Shown: positions 10,323-20,807 of the stretch, piece after piece
How positions within the stretch are numbered: position 1 is the first letter of the stretch
Layout: each line of letters starts with the position of its first letter
Source of the DNA: Nitrospirales bacterium
Lineage (GTDB): Bacteria; Nitrospirota; Nitrospiria; Nitrospirales; UBA8639
Assembly (NCBI GenBank): GCA_965223295.1
Contig: CBDCWC010000003.1
Span: 736,001-800,000 of the forward strand
DNA: 64,000 nt
Direction of reading: 5' to 3'
Translations under genes and position numbers: made by a program
Notes under the pieces: model-generated
Databases searched by the model: none
Seen by the model: the letters and a program-made list of their open reading frames with translations, nothing else
Told to the model about the DNA's origin: nothing

Positions 10323-10392
10323 GTCATTCCCGTAAAAACGGGAATCCAGATTATTTATTACATTTCTGGATGCCCGCCTTCGCGGGCATGAT
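10323..10392. repeat. dRS3/RPE-like palindromic element (inverted doublet)
   Basis: GTCATTCCCGTAAAAACGGGAATCCAG...CTGGATGCCCGCCTTCGCGGGCATGA. Confidence 0.8.
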
Positions 10393-10448
10393 GAACATCT
10401 AGCTCGTCCTATACACCTTTTCAAAAACATCACTCTTACCCGTTGTTG

Positions 10449-11960
10449 CTATAACCCAACTAAATTTCTAAGCGGCGACAAGACCGGATGGAAACGAATG
10501 ACATCGAATACCGTTGGTCTAAGATCTCGTGGATTGTCGTGCGTTCCTGTCTTAATGTAGCCAACTTTTCCTTGCATATCTACCACAAACATATGAGTCA
10601 TAAAATCGACACGAATTGAAGTAATTTCAAATCGCTCAAGATCGTCGACAGACAAAAACATCGGGGCCCGAAATGTGACCTCGGGAAAATCTGAAAGATT
10701 CCGATAGCGAACAACCCCTTGGAAATTGGGATGACTCTTTCGTTCACCAGTCTTAGGATCTTGCCAAGACACATCCAACGACTCTACTGGTAAGGTCGTC
10801 GTGGAAAATGTAAATTTTTCCGTACGTGTACTCGGATTAATCACCATGCTAAAGGTGGTATCGTTTCCTTCTATTGTCATTGTTCCAGAATGTCCATCGA
10901 ACAGAGCCTGATATGTCAGTTCTTGATTCTGCGTAAACGGCAAATTGGAAACCTCTTGCAACAAAAGACCTTCTTCCACCATTTCTACATTACCTAAGCC
11001 TGACAAGACCACTCGCTGTTTTTCTTGTTCGGCCCTCATTGTCAGCGTCATAGCCTCATCACTAGATGTTTCAAGCATGACGGTGGTTGGTTTGGCAAGC
11101 AGAATCGCATCTAACTTTCCAACAGACGGTTCACTTTTATTGATGGACTCGAGTGTGACCATGGCGTTCATTCCAGACTTCACCGCCCCAAATTTCCAGG
11201 CTCGCCCCTGGCTTTGCAATTCTATCCAAGCCTTGGGCGGATACACATCGGCTTCCCAATCCAACTCGTCAGGATTAGCCACAAGCAATTGATTGGGGCT
11301 CATTACCACATGTCCCACCTGTTGCAGAGAAAGCTTGTGAAACATCAATGGATCCGTCAATCGTTTCTGATCAGACCCGGGATTGATAAACGCTTCAAAG
11401 CGGCCCGTCTGCACTTGAATATTCACATCTGCATCGATGTGCCAGAATGAACTGACGAGTAACAACATGACGAAAACAATGGCCACAAGGACTTTTATGC
11501 CAATGACCGAGGCAATTTTCCCGATCCACGATGCTTTGGTCACCGCCTCTACTGGTAACGCGAGAGGCTTTCCTTCTAACTTTGCCTTGATGACGGAAAG
11601 AAGAATAGAAAATTCCTTGGATTCCGCTGTCCCCTTCCAGTCCAAAAACCGCAAAGCTTGGATCCCCGTAAAAGCCAAGGGAATCGCATTCGCTTCCAAC
11701 ATGACTGGGACAATCTTCTCTCCTTTTAAGGCCGCCCGAGCTTCTGCTCGAACCCATCTGGATCGCTTGGATTGCGTAGTCCATAAGACCACTACACATT
11801 TGGCCCCTGTGAGCGCCTCTTCAATGGTCTTATCCCATTCACTCCCAACCTGAATATCTCGATCCCACCACACAGAAAGACCCGAGGCTTCCAGGCCATG
11901 CGCCACTTGCTGAGCAATGGCCCGATCTTCACTTGAATAACTTATGAAGATGTCCTTCAT
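10449..11960 (-). CDS. TIR-domain protein with one TM helix and a large unknown extracytoplasmic domain
   Basis: DIFISYSSEDR, SVWWDRDI, VVVLWT..S..SRWVRAE (conserved Glu), IVPV; TM IGIKVLVAIVFVMLLLVSSFW. Confidence 0.88.
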   Translation of the reverse strand: MKDIFISYSSEDRAIAQQVAHGLEASGLSVWWDRDIQVGSEWDKTIEEALTGAKCVVVLWTTQSKRSRWVRAEARAALKGEKIVPVMLEANAIPLAFTGIQALRFLDWKGTAESKEFSILLSVIKAKLEGKPLALPVEAVTKASWIGKIASVIGIKVLVAIVFVMLLLVSSFWHIDADVNIQVQTGRFEAFINPGSDQKRLTDPLMFHKLSLQQVGHVVMSPNQLLVANPDELDWEADVYPPKAWIELQSQGRAWKFGAVKSGMNAMVTLESINKSEPSVGKLDAILLAKPTTVMLETSSDEAMTLTMRAEQEKQRVVLSGLGNVEMVEEGLLLQEVSNLPFTQNQELTYQALFDGHSGTMTIEGNDTTFSMVINPSTRTEKFTFSTTTLPVESLDVSWQDPKTGERKSHPNFQGVVRYRNLSDFPEVTFRAPMFLSVDDLERFEITSIRVDFMTHMFVVDMQGKVGYIKTGTHDNPRDLRPTVFDVIRFHPVLSPLRNLVGL

Positions 11961-11979
11961 AAGGCACGAGACAATCCGG

Positions 11980-12741
11980 TTAGGGATTAAGAGAAGGTTG
12001 GTGGAAGAAATGAACTTCTTTGTTGATGGATTGATTCGTAGAAAGAGAAAACCCTGTGATCTTTAGTACATATGAACCGGGCAGAGCATCTCTGGCATTC
12101 CATTGAATGGTAAACGGTCGCCCTGCACGCTTCCGCCGAAACTTTTGTACATTCATCGTCTGCCCTGTTTCTTGCTGAAGGATGGCAGCCATAAGCCGTG
12201 CATCTTCCCCTGTTTTCATCGTGAAGAGATAACCCTCGATTGTCGCAGGAGGATGGGCATAATACAGCACAGCCGGCGCGACTCGTTCTACTGTCGAACT
12301 GGTTGCGCTGCCCAAACGCACCAATGCGCCCATGTCGTACAGATCCAACTTAGGCACAAGTTGATTCAAGACAGGATCAGTAGGCCAGGTAAATACATTC
12401 TGAAAACCTGATTTCCAAGGGGTTGCAGGCCGAACCTTATCCAGCCAATAATAGGCTCGATAGTCTAGCTCTCGGACGATAAGATGCACTATGTCGTCGC
12501 CTTCCAAATAAAAACGAAGTGAGAGACGCTCAGGGAACCGCTCTGTCTCTACAGGCTCTTGATAATCAACAAGGACAGAAATCAGTTCAATGTCATAGCC
12601 CGAGACCGGTTTAGGCTTCACGCCTTCATAGCGATCCCCTCGCTGTTGATATTGGAGGTCAAGTTGAGCCCAGACAAGCATGGGAAACGTTCCAAGCAAG
12701 ACGAGGCCAATACGAAGTCCCCTAGAAACCCGTTTCATCAT
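11980..12741 (-). CDS. Secreted hypothetical protein, first gene of the TIR/trypsin operon
   Basis: Signal peptide ending VWA-Q; beta-rich mature part (LQYQQRGDRYEG...); 19-nt gap to the TIR gene. Confidence 0.75.
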   Translation of the reverse strand: MMKRVSRGLRIGLVLLGTFPMLVWAQLDLQYQQRGDRYEGVKPKPVSGYDIELISVLVDYQEPVETERFPERLSLRFYLEGDDIVHLIVRELDYRAYYWLDKVRPATPWKSGFQNVFTWPTDPVLNQLVPKLDLYDMGALVRLGSATSSTVERVAPAVLYYAHPPATIEGYLFTMKTGEDARLMAAILQQETGQTMNVQKFRRKRAGRPFTIQWNARDALPGSYVLKITGFSLSTNQSINKEVHFFHQPSLNP

Positions 12742-12965
12742 CTAGCTCTCTCTTTGTTCATCATGGCAGGATCACCAGAACGCGTTCGATTGAAAAACCA
12801 AAATTCAGATGTGATGCAGTCTACCGCGGACGGAAAAATGAATCTAGTAGTGAGGGAACTTGTGACGTACGAAGAAGATGAGACGTTAGCAAAAAAATGG
12901 AACAAACTAGAAAGGATGGGAAGGATGTTCCTTAGGAATCAATAGGCTCCCAATTTCAGGTAGTG

Positions 12966-14480
12966 CTATGTGCCTTGAGGTAAGCGTTCTTCTTCCCAGC
13001 CACCGCCAATGGCTTTGAAGAGCGTGACCATGTCGTTGAGACGAGCGCGTTGGGTTTGCACCAATTGCAATTCGGCGGACAGCACGGTCCGCTGCGCATC
13101 TAAAACGTCTAAGTATGTGACTAAACCTTGGCGGTATCGAATTTCTGCTAATTCACGCGCGTTTTGTGAAGCTTGGACCTGGCGTTGTTGATGGACGAGT
13201 TGTTCTTGCCGGGTCTGCAAGGCACTCAGCACATCCGCTACTTCGCGAAAGGCATTCAGGATGGTGTGTTGATATTGCTCTAGCATCTGCTGATAACGGG
13301 ATTCGGCCACTTCTAAACGGGCCTTGTTGGTATAACCCTCGAAAATAGGAAGTGACACGGAAGGCCCTACACTAAAATTTCGGCTCGCCCAGTTGAACCA
13401 TTCAGAAAATTCACTGGTTTGAAATCCCCCCGTTCCCGTTAGGGCCACCGTCGGGAAAAAATACGCGCGTGCTTCTCCTATGCGAGCATTGGCCGCTTTT
13501 AAGTTTTCTTCCACTTCCACAATATCCGGACGCCGTTGCAATAGATCCGCCGGCAACCCGATGGGTATGGACGGCTGAACCACGACCGCCCGCAATGGCT
13601 TCGTCTCAAGACCCAACGCATTGGGGTGCGCTCCCGACAGCCATTCCAGTTGATGTTGCTGCACCGCTCGCAACCGGCGTAATTCCGGCACTTGCGCCGC
13701 CGTTTCAGAGACAAGAATTTCCGCTCGTTTAACATCCAGATCTGACACCAGACCCGCCTCGGCTCTGGCTTTGATAATGGAGAGAGAATCTTGCTGCAAG
13801 GCGAGATTGTGGGTGGCAATTTCCAGCTGTTCGTCTAATTCTCGCAGGCGAAAATAGCCTTGAGCCACATCACTCATAAGGGACAACGCAATGCCACGCC
13901 GATTCATCTCACTGGCAAAAGCTTCGGCAGAAAACGCCTCTTGGTTTCGACGGATACGTCCCCATAAATCTAACTCCCACCGTAAATCTAAGGCCGTATT
14001 CCAAATATCAAAATTCGCGCCTGGTGGCGCAAATCCTTCGGGTGAGACTCCCGTTGGAGCCGCCAAGATAGTTTCTGACCGCCGCACACGGGTGTAGTTC
14101 CCATCCAATGACAGATTGGGATACAGACCGGCGCCAGCTCCTTGCGCCAAAGCCCGCGCCTCCAGTACCCGGAACCCTGCCTGCCGTACATCATGATTAC
14201 GTTCTAACGCTTGTTCAATGAGGTGGTTGAGCTCTTCATTCTGAAATACCTGCCACCAAGACGCCTCCGGAACCAACCCTACTGAAACCGAAAGATCCGA
14301 CGTTGTACCCGTCATGGTCATGGCATCCCAATTTTGAGGCGTTCTAGAATCTGGCATCTGGTAATCAGGCCCCATCAAGCAGGCGGGAAAGCCGGCGATA
14401 ATTCCTATGATCAACAGGCAGAAGGTCCAATCAACCGGTCGTTGAGCTAATACATATTTCCGTGTCGGCAAAGGTCTCAT
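12966..14480 (-). CDS. Efflux outer membrane factor lipoprotein (NodT/OprM/TolC family)
   Basis: WWQVFQNEEL, WELDLWGRIRR, PADLLQRRPDI, LFKAIGGGW. Confidence 0.93.
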   Translation of the reverse strand: MRPLPTRKYVLAQRPVDWTFCLLIIGIIAGFPACLMGPDYQMPDSRTPQNWDAMTMTGTTSDLSVSVGLVPEASWWQVFQNEELNHLIEQALERNHDVRQAGFRVLEARALAQGAGAGLYPNLSLDGNYTRVRRSETILAAPTGVSPEGFAPPGANFDIWNTALDLRWELDLWGRIRRNQEAFSAEAFASEMNRRGIALSLMSDVAQGYFRLRELDEQLEIATHNLALQQDSLSIIKARAEAGLVSDLDVKRAEILVSETAAQVPELRRLRAVQQHQLEWLSGAHPNALGLETKPLRAVVVQPSIPIGLPADLLQRRPDIVEVEENLKAANARIGEARAYFFPTVALTGTGGFQTSEFSEWFNWASRNFSVGPSVSLPIFEGYTNKARLEVAESRYQQMLEQYQHTILNAFREVADVLSALQTRQEQLVHQQRQVQASQNARELAEIRYRQGLVTYLDVLDAQRTVLSAELQLVQTQRARLNDMVTLFKAIGGGWEEERLPQGT

Positions 14481-15427
14481 GATGCTGGTTCGGAATGAGT
14501 CGCCTCGCGGTCAATGAAGACATCGACTTGTTGACCGACGTAGAGAGGGAAGCTTGGTTTTTCAAATTGATAAATGACTTGGAGCACGCGGGTATCGACA
14601 CGTTCGCGATTATCTCCGGTCAATGAACGTTTGGGAACGATATAGGGCTCGATTCGGTAAAATGTCAGCCGAATCGCCTGATCTGTTTGTCCCTTGAGAT
14701 AGGCCACTGCCGGACGACCGGGAACGACCAATGGGGCATTCACTTCATCAATATCTGCACGAACCTGGAGCGTTTCCGTATCGCCTAATAAAATAAGCGG
14801 CTCACTAGCATTGACCGTGGCATATTCCCCGGCACGAACATTGACCTGCAAAATGGTACCCGCTCGGGGAGCCCGAATAGTTAAACGCTCTAAGAGTGAC
14901 TGAACCTCATCACGCTGCGTTTGCGCTAACCGCAAGTCGGCTTTCGCCCGGATCAGTCCCCGCTTGGCCGATTCCACTTCATGCCATTTCCGCTGCACAT
15001 CATCCTGACTGACAGCCCGACGATCTTTCACGGACTGTAGTCGCGCGAATTGATCTTGCACATCACGCAACCGAACCTCCTGTTCCGCGATCCGCGCTGA
15101 GGCTGAGGGCAAGGAATCGGTTCGAGTCTGAAGTTGAGCCCGCAGTTCACGATCATCTAACTGAAAAAGCGGAGCACCATGGTTGACTGTGTCGGCCACC
15201 TTGACATGTACCTTGGTGACTAACCCCGAGACCGGGGGAGCAATTCTGACATTCTCATTGACGGCTTCGATAATCCCGGCTGCCGCCACGGTTGCCTGAT
15301 ACGGGTTCGATGGTGGGGCTTCAATCGGCGGAGGCGCGGCCGGTTTATCCCCTGCCCCCCACAACGTGGCAATCGTTAATAGCACACCCGCGATAGCCAG
15401 CCAGACACTCACCCGCCGAAATACCAT
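14477..15427 (-). CDS. HlyD/DevB-like membrane fusion protein
   Basis: N-terminal TM, lipoyl halves, VPKRSLTGDNRERVDTRVLQVIY; ATG 15427 has an AGGAGG RBS (the ORF-track extension runs into the MITE). Confidence 0.9.
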   Translation of the reverse strand: MVFRRVSVWLAIAGVLLTIATLWGAGDKPAAPPPIEAPPSNPYQATVAAAGIIEAVNENVRIAPPVSGLVTKVHVKVADTVNHGAPLFQLDDRELRAQLQTRTDSLPSASARIAEQEVRLRDVQDQFARLQSVKDRRAVSQDDVQRKWHEVESAKRGLIRAKADLRLAQTQRDEVQSLLERLTIRAPRAGTILQVNVRAGEYATVNASEPLILLGDTETLQVRADIDEVNAPLVVPGRPAVAYLKGQTDQAIRLTFYRIEPYIVPKRSLTGDNRERVDTRVLQVIYQFEKPSFPLYVGQQVDVFIDREATHSEPAS

Positions 15428-15451
15428 TACACAAGATCCTCCTACCCTTGT

Positions 15452-15640
15452 TGGATTGTTGAATAATGAAGATATCAAAAGCCCTATTTCGCCAGGAAGC
15501 CTTGTCCATCAACAGTGTGGGTCTGTTCAAAAAAGTCCGTCCAGCAAGGCCGCAGCCATTTTTGCGCGCAGAGCGTACTGGCACTACGTGAGCACGGAAA
15601 AATGGCGAGAACGCCGCTGGCGGCTTTTTTCAACAGACCC
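15452..15640 (-). mobile_element. MITE family A, copy 2, inside the ABC efflux operon
   Basis: Ends TGGATTGTTGAA / TTCAACAGACCC; TSD CTTGT at 15447-15451 and 15641-15645. Confidence 0.9.
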
Positions 15641-16370
15641 CTTGTTGAATTTGTCCTATCCGCCCATCTTCCATATGCACAATCCGATCACCAAATTCAA
15701 AAATCCGAGAATCATGTGTGACAATGATGACAGCGCGATCAGGATGCTTGCCCACGGCACATAACTCTTCCACAATCCGATGCCCAGTCTCCCCATCCAA
15801 ACTCGCCGTGGGTTCATCACAGAGAAGCAATTGCGGTTCTGCAACCAGCGCACGGGCAATGGCCACCCGCTGCTGTTCCCCACCCGACAACTTTGTGGGC
15901 AAGGCCGTTAAACGTTCGCCCATTCCCAACGTCTTCAACACCTCCTCAGCACGATCTTTAGCATCTGATTTTGCAACTCCCTGAACAAAAAGCGGAACCG
16001 CAGCATTTTCCACAGCCGTCAGCGTGGGCAGTAAATTATATTGCTGAAAGATAAAGCCCAAATGATCCCGGCGAAAATTGGTTTTCTCCGACGCTGATAA
16101 CTCGTGAATCGACTCTCCCAGCACCCGCACATCACCATCATCAGTTTCTAAAATTCCGGCAATTACGGACAGCAATGTGGTTTTTCCACTTCCAGATGGA
16201 CCGACCAGTAACAACACTTCCCCGCTTGCCACATCTAGATCCACTCCCTTCAGCACAGGAATTTTCGTGTCTCCTTCACCAAAGGATTTCGTGATACCTC
16301 GTGCGCGAACCAACCAATCTGACAAATCCTGCTCCAAGGATTCCACACTGTGAGACACTCCGTTATCCAC
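15630..16370 (-). CDS. ABC transporter ATP-binding protein (DevA/LolD-like)
   Basis: GPSGSGKTT, LSGGEQQR, LLLCDEPT, VTHD. Confidence 0.94.
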   Translation of the reverse strand: MDNGVSHSVESLEQDLSDWLVRARGITKSFGEGDTKIPVLKGVDLDVASGEVLLLVGPSGSGKTTLLSVIAGILETDDGDVRVLGESIHELSASEKTNFRRDHLGFIFQQYNLLPTLTAVENAAVPLFVQGVAKSDAKDRAEEVLKTLGMGERLTALPTKLSGGEQQRVAIARALVAEPQLLLCDEPTASLDGETGHRIVEELCAVGKHPDRAVIIVTHDSRIFEFGDRIVHMEDGRIGQIQQGVC

Positions 16371-17496
16371 GAAACACCACCGCTGGTTCCAACTTGGCTA
16401 ATTTTCGAATGCTAATGGCACTGGACAAACTGCAGATCATCAGAAGCGCGACTCCAACACCGATCAATAACGGCCAGGTTTCATTAAACGGCAACCGACC
16501 TCCGCTCCCGGCCGTGAGTCCAAACACCGTCGCTAATCCCACACCCACGCCATACCCAATCAACCCAACGGTAAAGCTTTGCAAGAGAATCATTTTGGCC
16601 AACATCCCTGTACTGGCTCCGATGGCTTTGAGCGCTCCAAACTGCCGCAGATTCTCGATGGTAAATAGATAAAACGTTTGACCGGCAATAGCCATGCCAA
16701 CAATAAAACCTAATAAGACCGTGGTTCCAAAATTCACACCAATACCCGTATATTTTAAAATCCACTGTACCGTTTTCCACCCAAACTGATCGCCCGTATA
16801 CGCCCCTAATCCCGTGTGCTTTTGGATGCGTTGAGCAAGTTCTTCGGGGCTCAATCCCTCAATTGGACTGGCCAATACATATGACAACTTCCGCCGCTCT
16901 TGAGGCGTCACTTCTAACGCCCGTTCATACGTGGTGTAGACAAACGGAAACCCTTGAAAGCTTTTTTGCGCTTTGACTATGGCTACAATCCGGACGCGAT
17001 GGTCATTAATTTCAAAGGTCGAACCAAGATGGATCATCTCAGGGCCGCCTAAGCGCTCCACCCCTAATTGATCAATCGCGACGGCTTCAGGCGACCGGAG
17101 CTCTTCAATATTTCCTTCAAGAACTGTAGCTGGACGGCCAATCAACGTGCTGGACTCTAACCCCACTAATGAAATTTGCTCAAAGTTCCCATTACGCAAG
17201 CGTGCACGTTGTACCCCTTTATAGAGAGGCACCGCCCATTCCACACCAGGCACACTCCGAACCACATTGACGGCCGTATCTGCTAGGGGTTTAATTTCTT
17301 CCACTTGATTGATATTTGGATCGGTCACCCACACTGGGGCATTAATATTCGTGATGCCAGATTGCGACCAAGTCATGAGTCCCCAGAAAATTGACCCTTG
17401 CTGCACAATTAACATTGTTGAAAAGGTCAACCCTGCTAGAAGCATCATATATTTCGCCCGATCTCCAAATAGCATTTTGAGTGCGACAAAATTCAT
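16363..17496 (-). CDS. ABC transporter permease (DevC/FtsX/MacB-like)
   Basis: 4-TM FtsX layout; FGALKAIGA; C-terminal LEPAVVFRG. Confidence 0.9.
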   Translation of the reverse strand: MNFVALKMLFGDRAKYMMLLAGLTFSTMLIVQQGSIFWGLMTWSQSGITNINAPVWVTDPNINQVEEIKPLADTAVNVVRSVPGVEWAVPLYKGVQRARLRNGNFEQISLVGLESSTLIGRPATVLEGNIEELRSPEAVAIDQLGVERLGGPEMIHLGSTFEINDHRVRIVAIVKAQKSFQGFPFVYTTYERALEVTPQERRKLSYVLASPIEGLSPEELAQRIQKHTGLGAYTGDQFGWKTVQWILKYTGIGVNFGTTVLLGFIVGMAIAGQTFYLFTIENLRQFGALKAIGASTGMLAKMILLQSFTVGLIGYGVGVGLATVFGLTAGSGGRLPFNETWPLLIGVGVALLMICSLSSAISIRKLAKLEPAVVFRG

Positions 17497-18182
17497 GACT
17501 TGTCTTTCCGCTTTCGGCTCTTTGATGAACGAGTGAAACCTGTTCGACCTGAATGAACATCTGATGGCTTACGCAATCCATTCAAAAATACTTCCACAAA
17601 GGTCCGAGTAATCTCTTCTGAGTCCTCTGCCACCGGCGCTTGAAACAACACCGTGAGAAGTCGATGATAGATCAACATCCCCATGAACGATCGAGCGGCA
17701 ACCAGTGGGGGGACAGGCCGAAAGACTCCTTCTTGAATGCGTTGTTCAATGTACGCACTCAACACATCGTAAAAATGGCGAATATGGTTATGAAAAAACA
17801 TATCCGATAATTCATGGTTTTCTAAGGCACTGAACAGAATGAGCCGCATAAGATTTTGATCGGGTGCGCCTCCCACAATCGTTTCTGCAATGGCCTGAAA
17901 GACCTCTATATCCTTCCGCTGCTCGGCAAGTTCTTTAATCTGTTCCAACAGACCAGGGACCGGAGACTTTTCTGCTAAAATGGCGGTATAGAGATCTTCC
18001 TTACTCGGAAAATGTTTAAAAATTAAGGCTTCGCTGACTCCAGCCAGCGCAGCAATTTCACGAGTTTTTGTCCCATTAAATCCTTTTTCTGAGAAAACTG
18101 AAGCTGCAGATTGGATAATGCTGGCCTTCCGGGCAGCAGCCGGAATACGGGGACTTGGCGTTTTTGGTAAAATCTTTTTCAT
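17493..18182 (-). CDS. TetR/AcrR family transcriptional regulator
   Basis: HTH FSEKGFNGTKTREIAALAGVSEALIFKHFPSKEDL. Confidence 0.93.
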   Translation of the reverse strand: MKKILPKTPSPRIPAAARKASIIQSAASVFSEKGFNGTKTREIAALAGVSEALIFKHFPSKEDLYTAILAEKSPVPGLLEQIKELAEQRKDIEVFQAIAETIVGGAPDQNLMRLILFSALENHELSDMFFHNHIRHFYDVLSAYIEQRIQEGVFRPVPPLVAARSFMGMLIYHRLLTVLFQAPVAEDSEEITRTFVEVFLNGLRKPSDVHSGRTGFTRSSKSRKRKDKS

Positions 18183-18187
18183 ATTAG

Positions 18188-18232
18188 TAAGTATTTACTT
18201 ATTACTATATGATCTCTATCAAACCTCGTCAA
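18188..18232 (-). promoter_or_regulatory. sigma70 promoter of the tetR-ABC operon with an overlapping palindromic operator
   Basis: Minus strand TTGACG-N17-TATAGT (18232-18204); palindrome TAAGTA-TT-TACTTA 18188-18201 over the predicted +1. Confidence 0.65.
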
Positions 18233-18353
18233 GCCAACAGACCAGCCGGAGTATCCAATAAGTTGACTCTACATAATTAGTGTCTATCTTATAGGGGAAC
18301 ACAGATTCAAAAATCCTCGTCATCCGATACTTTTACAGGTCAACTCCCAACCC

Positions 18354-20786
18354 ATGGATACATCTACACAAGAAATCGAACTGATTGTTTCCCTCCCCCT
18401 CGTTCCAGTCAAACGGACCGTCTTATTTCCTGAAACACTCGTTCCGTTCACCATCGGCCGCACACGCTCTATGGCCGCAGTTGAGGCGGCCATGGATACC
18501 GAAGAAAAAGCCCTCTTAATGGTGACTCAGCGTGATTCTGAAAAAGAAGAGCCTGGCTTTGAAGATCTTTTTTTGATCGGCACAAAAGCCGTGATCAAAC
18601 AAATGGGGAAAACGTCTGATGGACATCTCCAAGTGCTGGCTCAGGGGATTGAGCGAATGGTGCTCTTGAAATTGGAACAAGCAGAACCTCACATGATGGT
18701 TCGAGCCCGACGTCTGCCTATCATTGTCGAATCCGACCCCGAGCTAGAAGCCCTGCATCGCGAATTGCTCAATTTGATCGGACAATTGCCGGAATTACTC
18801 ACGACTCAAGGAGTCACGGAACTGGTGTCTGTCCTGCGCGCTGAAAAAGACCCCTTGTTGGTGGCCTATCGCCTCGTCTCACTCCTCAACCTCAACGTGG
18901 AACGACTCCAAGCGCTTCTCGAACAATCTGATCCGAAAGAAGTTCTCCGTAAGGTTTACGGAGCTTTGTCCCACGAGCTGCACATTCTAAAGCTGCGTCA
19001 TGAGATTGCCAGCCAGGCCCAAGCCGAAATCGGCAAATCTCAGCGCGAATATTTTCTTCGGCAACAACTGAAAGAAATCCAACAAGAACTTGGCGATTTA
19101 GAAACCGATGCCCTGGATGGAGACATTAGTGAATTAAAGACCCGAATTGATGAAGCGGATCTTCCAGAAGCTGTTAAAAAAGAAGCCGCACGAGAATTGA
19201 AACGTCTAGTCAAATTGCCCCCAGCCGCACCCGATCATCAAGTGATTCGAAGTTATCTTGAATTGGTCCTGGAATTACCCTGGAACACGGTAACAGAAGA
19301 TCATTTGGACCTGGGACATGTGCGGGCTGTTTTGGATGAAGACCATTACGGCATTCAAGATGTGAAAGAACGGATCCTGGAACATCTGGCTGTCTTAAAA
19401 TTGAATCCGGCAGCCAAATCCCCCATTCTTTGTTTGGTGGGACCTCCTGGTGTCGGAAAAACCAGCCTCGGGCAATCCATCGCACGGGCATTGGGACGAA
19501 AGTTTGAACGCCTAAGTTTAGGCGGTCTTCACGATGAAGCAGAACTGCGCGGACACCGGCGAACCTATGTTGGCGCCATGCCCGGCCGTCTCATTCAAGC
19601 CCTTCGACGGGCCGGGGCCAAAAATCCGATTTTAATGTTGGACGAAGTGGATAAAGTCGGGCAAGACTTTCGCGGCGATCCTGCCTCTGCGTTACTGGAA
19701 ATATTGGACCCCGAACAAAACCATACGTTCCGAGACAATTACTTAGATCTGCCGTTTGATCTCTCCAAAGTCATGTTTATCACGACGGCTAATTCTTTGG
19801 ACACCATTTCCGGTCCTCTCCGAGATCGCATGGAAATCATTCGTTTGGCGGGATACAGCCACCAGGAAAAGTTGGAAATTGCCAACCGATATTTGTGGCC
19901 CCGCCGCCTGGAAGATGCTGGGCTCCATGATAAACCTCTGACGTTAGAATCCGACGTGATCCCCCATATTATAAAACGCTACACTCGTGAAGCCGGGGTA
20001 CGTCAGTTAGAACAGATGCTGGGAAAACTCACGAGAAAAGTAGCCTTACGCCTCGCAGATACAGGTTCCGAGGGACCTGCCACGCAACTGGCTATTCGAC
20101 CTGAGGAACTTTCTGATTGGTTAGGTATCGAAAAGTTCATGCCAGAAGAGGCCAGACAAACATTACCTCTCGGTGTTGCCACGGGCTTAGCATGGACTGA
20201 AGCTGGCGGTGATGTCCTGTATGTAGAAAGTACGTTACTCCCCGGTGGAAGCGATCTGACAATTACCGGACAGCTTGGTGAAGTTATGCAGGAATCAGCA
20301 CAAGCCGCACGAAGTTATCTGTGGTCGCGAGCCGAAAGTTTCGGATTAGATATCGCCATTTTTAAACGTAATGGTATGCACATTCATGTACCGGAAGGTG
20401 CCATTCCCAAAGATGGACCGTCTGCCGGCGTCACCATGGCCAGCGCCATGGCTTCTCTCTTGTTACGAATTCCGGTACGAAAAGACACGGCAATGACCGG
20501 GGAAATTAGTTTAAGTGGACTCGTCCTCCCCGTCGGGGGCATCAAAGAAAAGCTCTTGGCGGCACACCGCTTGGGATTGCGGCGCATCATGCTACCGAAA
20601 GCCAACGAGAAAGATCTTCCGGATGTCCCCGAAGCAGTCCGGAGCGAACTGTCCCTGATATTTGTTGAAACGATTGAAGAAGCCCTGGAAACGGTGCTAA
20701 CGAAGCCCGTTCTCACAAACAGTGGAACCAAACCCATTCAGCCTACCCAACCTCCACCACAAACGAATAACCCTGTCATGCACTAA
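18354..20786 (+). CDS. lon: ATP-dependent Lon protease (endopeptidase La)
   Basis: LON N-domain, [15 protein letters not shown], catalytic PKDGPSAG and IKEK. Confidence 0.96.
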   Translation: MDTSTQEIELIVSLPLVPVKRTVLFPETLVPFTIGRTRSMAAVEAAMDTEEKALLMVTQRDSEKEEPGFEDLFLIGTKAVIKQMGKTSDGHLQVLAQGIERMVLLKLEQAEPHMMVRARRLPIIVESDPELEALHRELLNLIGQLPELLTTQGVTELVSVLRAEKDPLLVAYRLVSLLNLNVERLQALLEQSDPKEVLRKVYGALSHELHILKLRHEIASQAQAEIGKSQREYFLRQQLKEIQQELGDLETDALDGDISELKTRIDEADLPEAVKKEAARELKRLVKLPPAAPDHQVIRSYLELVLELPWNTVTEDHLDLGHVRAVLDEDHYGIQDVKERILEHLAVLKLNPAAKSPILCLVGPPGVGKTSLGQSIARALGRKFERLSLGGLHDEAELRGHRRTYVGAMPGRLIQALRRAGAKNPILMLDEVDKVGQDFRGDPASALLEILDPEQNHTFRDNYLDLPFDLSKVMFITTANSLDTISGPLRDRMEIIRLAGYSHQEKLEIANRYLWPRRLEDAGLHDKPLTLESDVIPHIIKRYTREAGVRQLEQMLGKLTRKVALRLADTGSEGPATQLAIRPEELSDWLGIEKFMPEEARQTLPLGVATGLAWTEAGGDVLYVESTLLPGGSDLTITGQLGEVMQESAQAARSYLWSRAESFGLDIAIFKRNGMHIHVPEGAIPKDGPSAGVTMASAMASLLLRIPVRKDTAMTGEISLSGLVLPVGGIKEKLLAAHRLGLRRIMLPKANEKDLPDVPEAVRSELSLIFVETIEEALETVLTKPVLTNSGTKPIQPTQPPPQTNNPVMH

Positions 20787-20807
20787 TCTCAACTAAGGCC
20801 TCTACTT

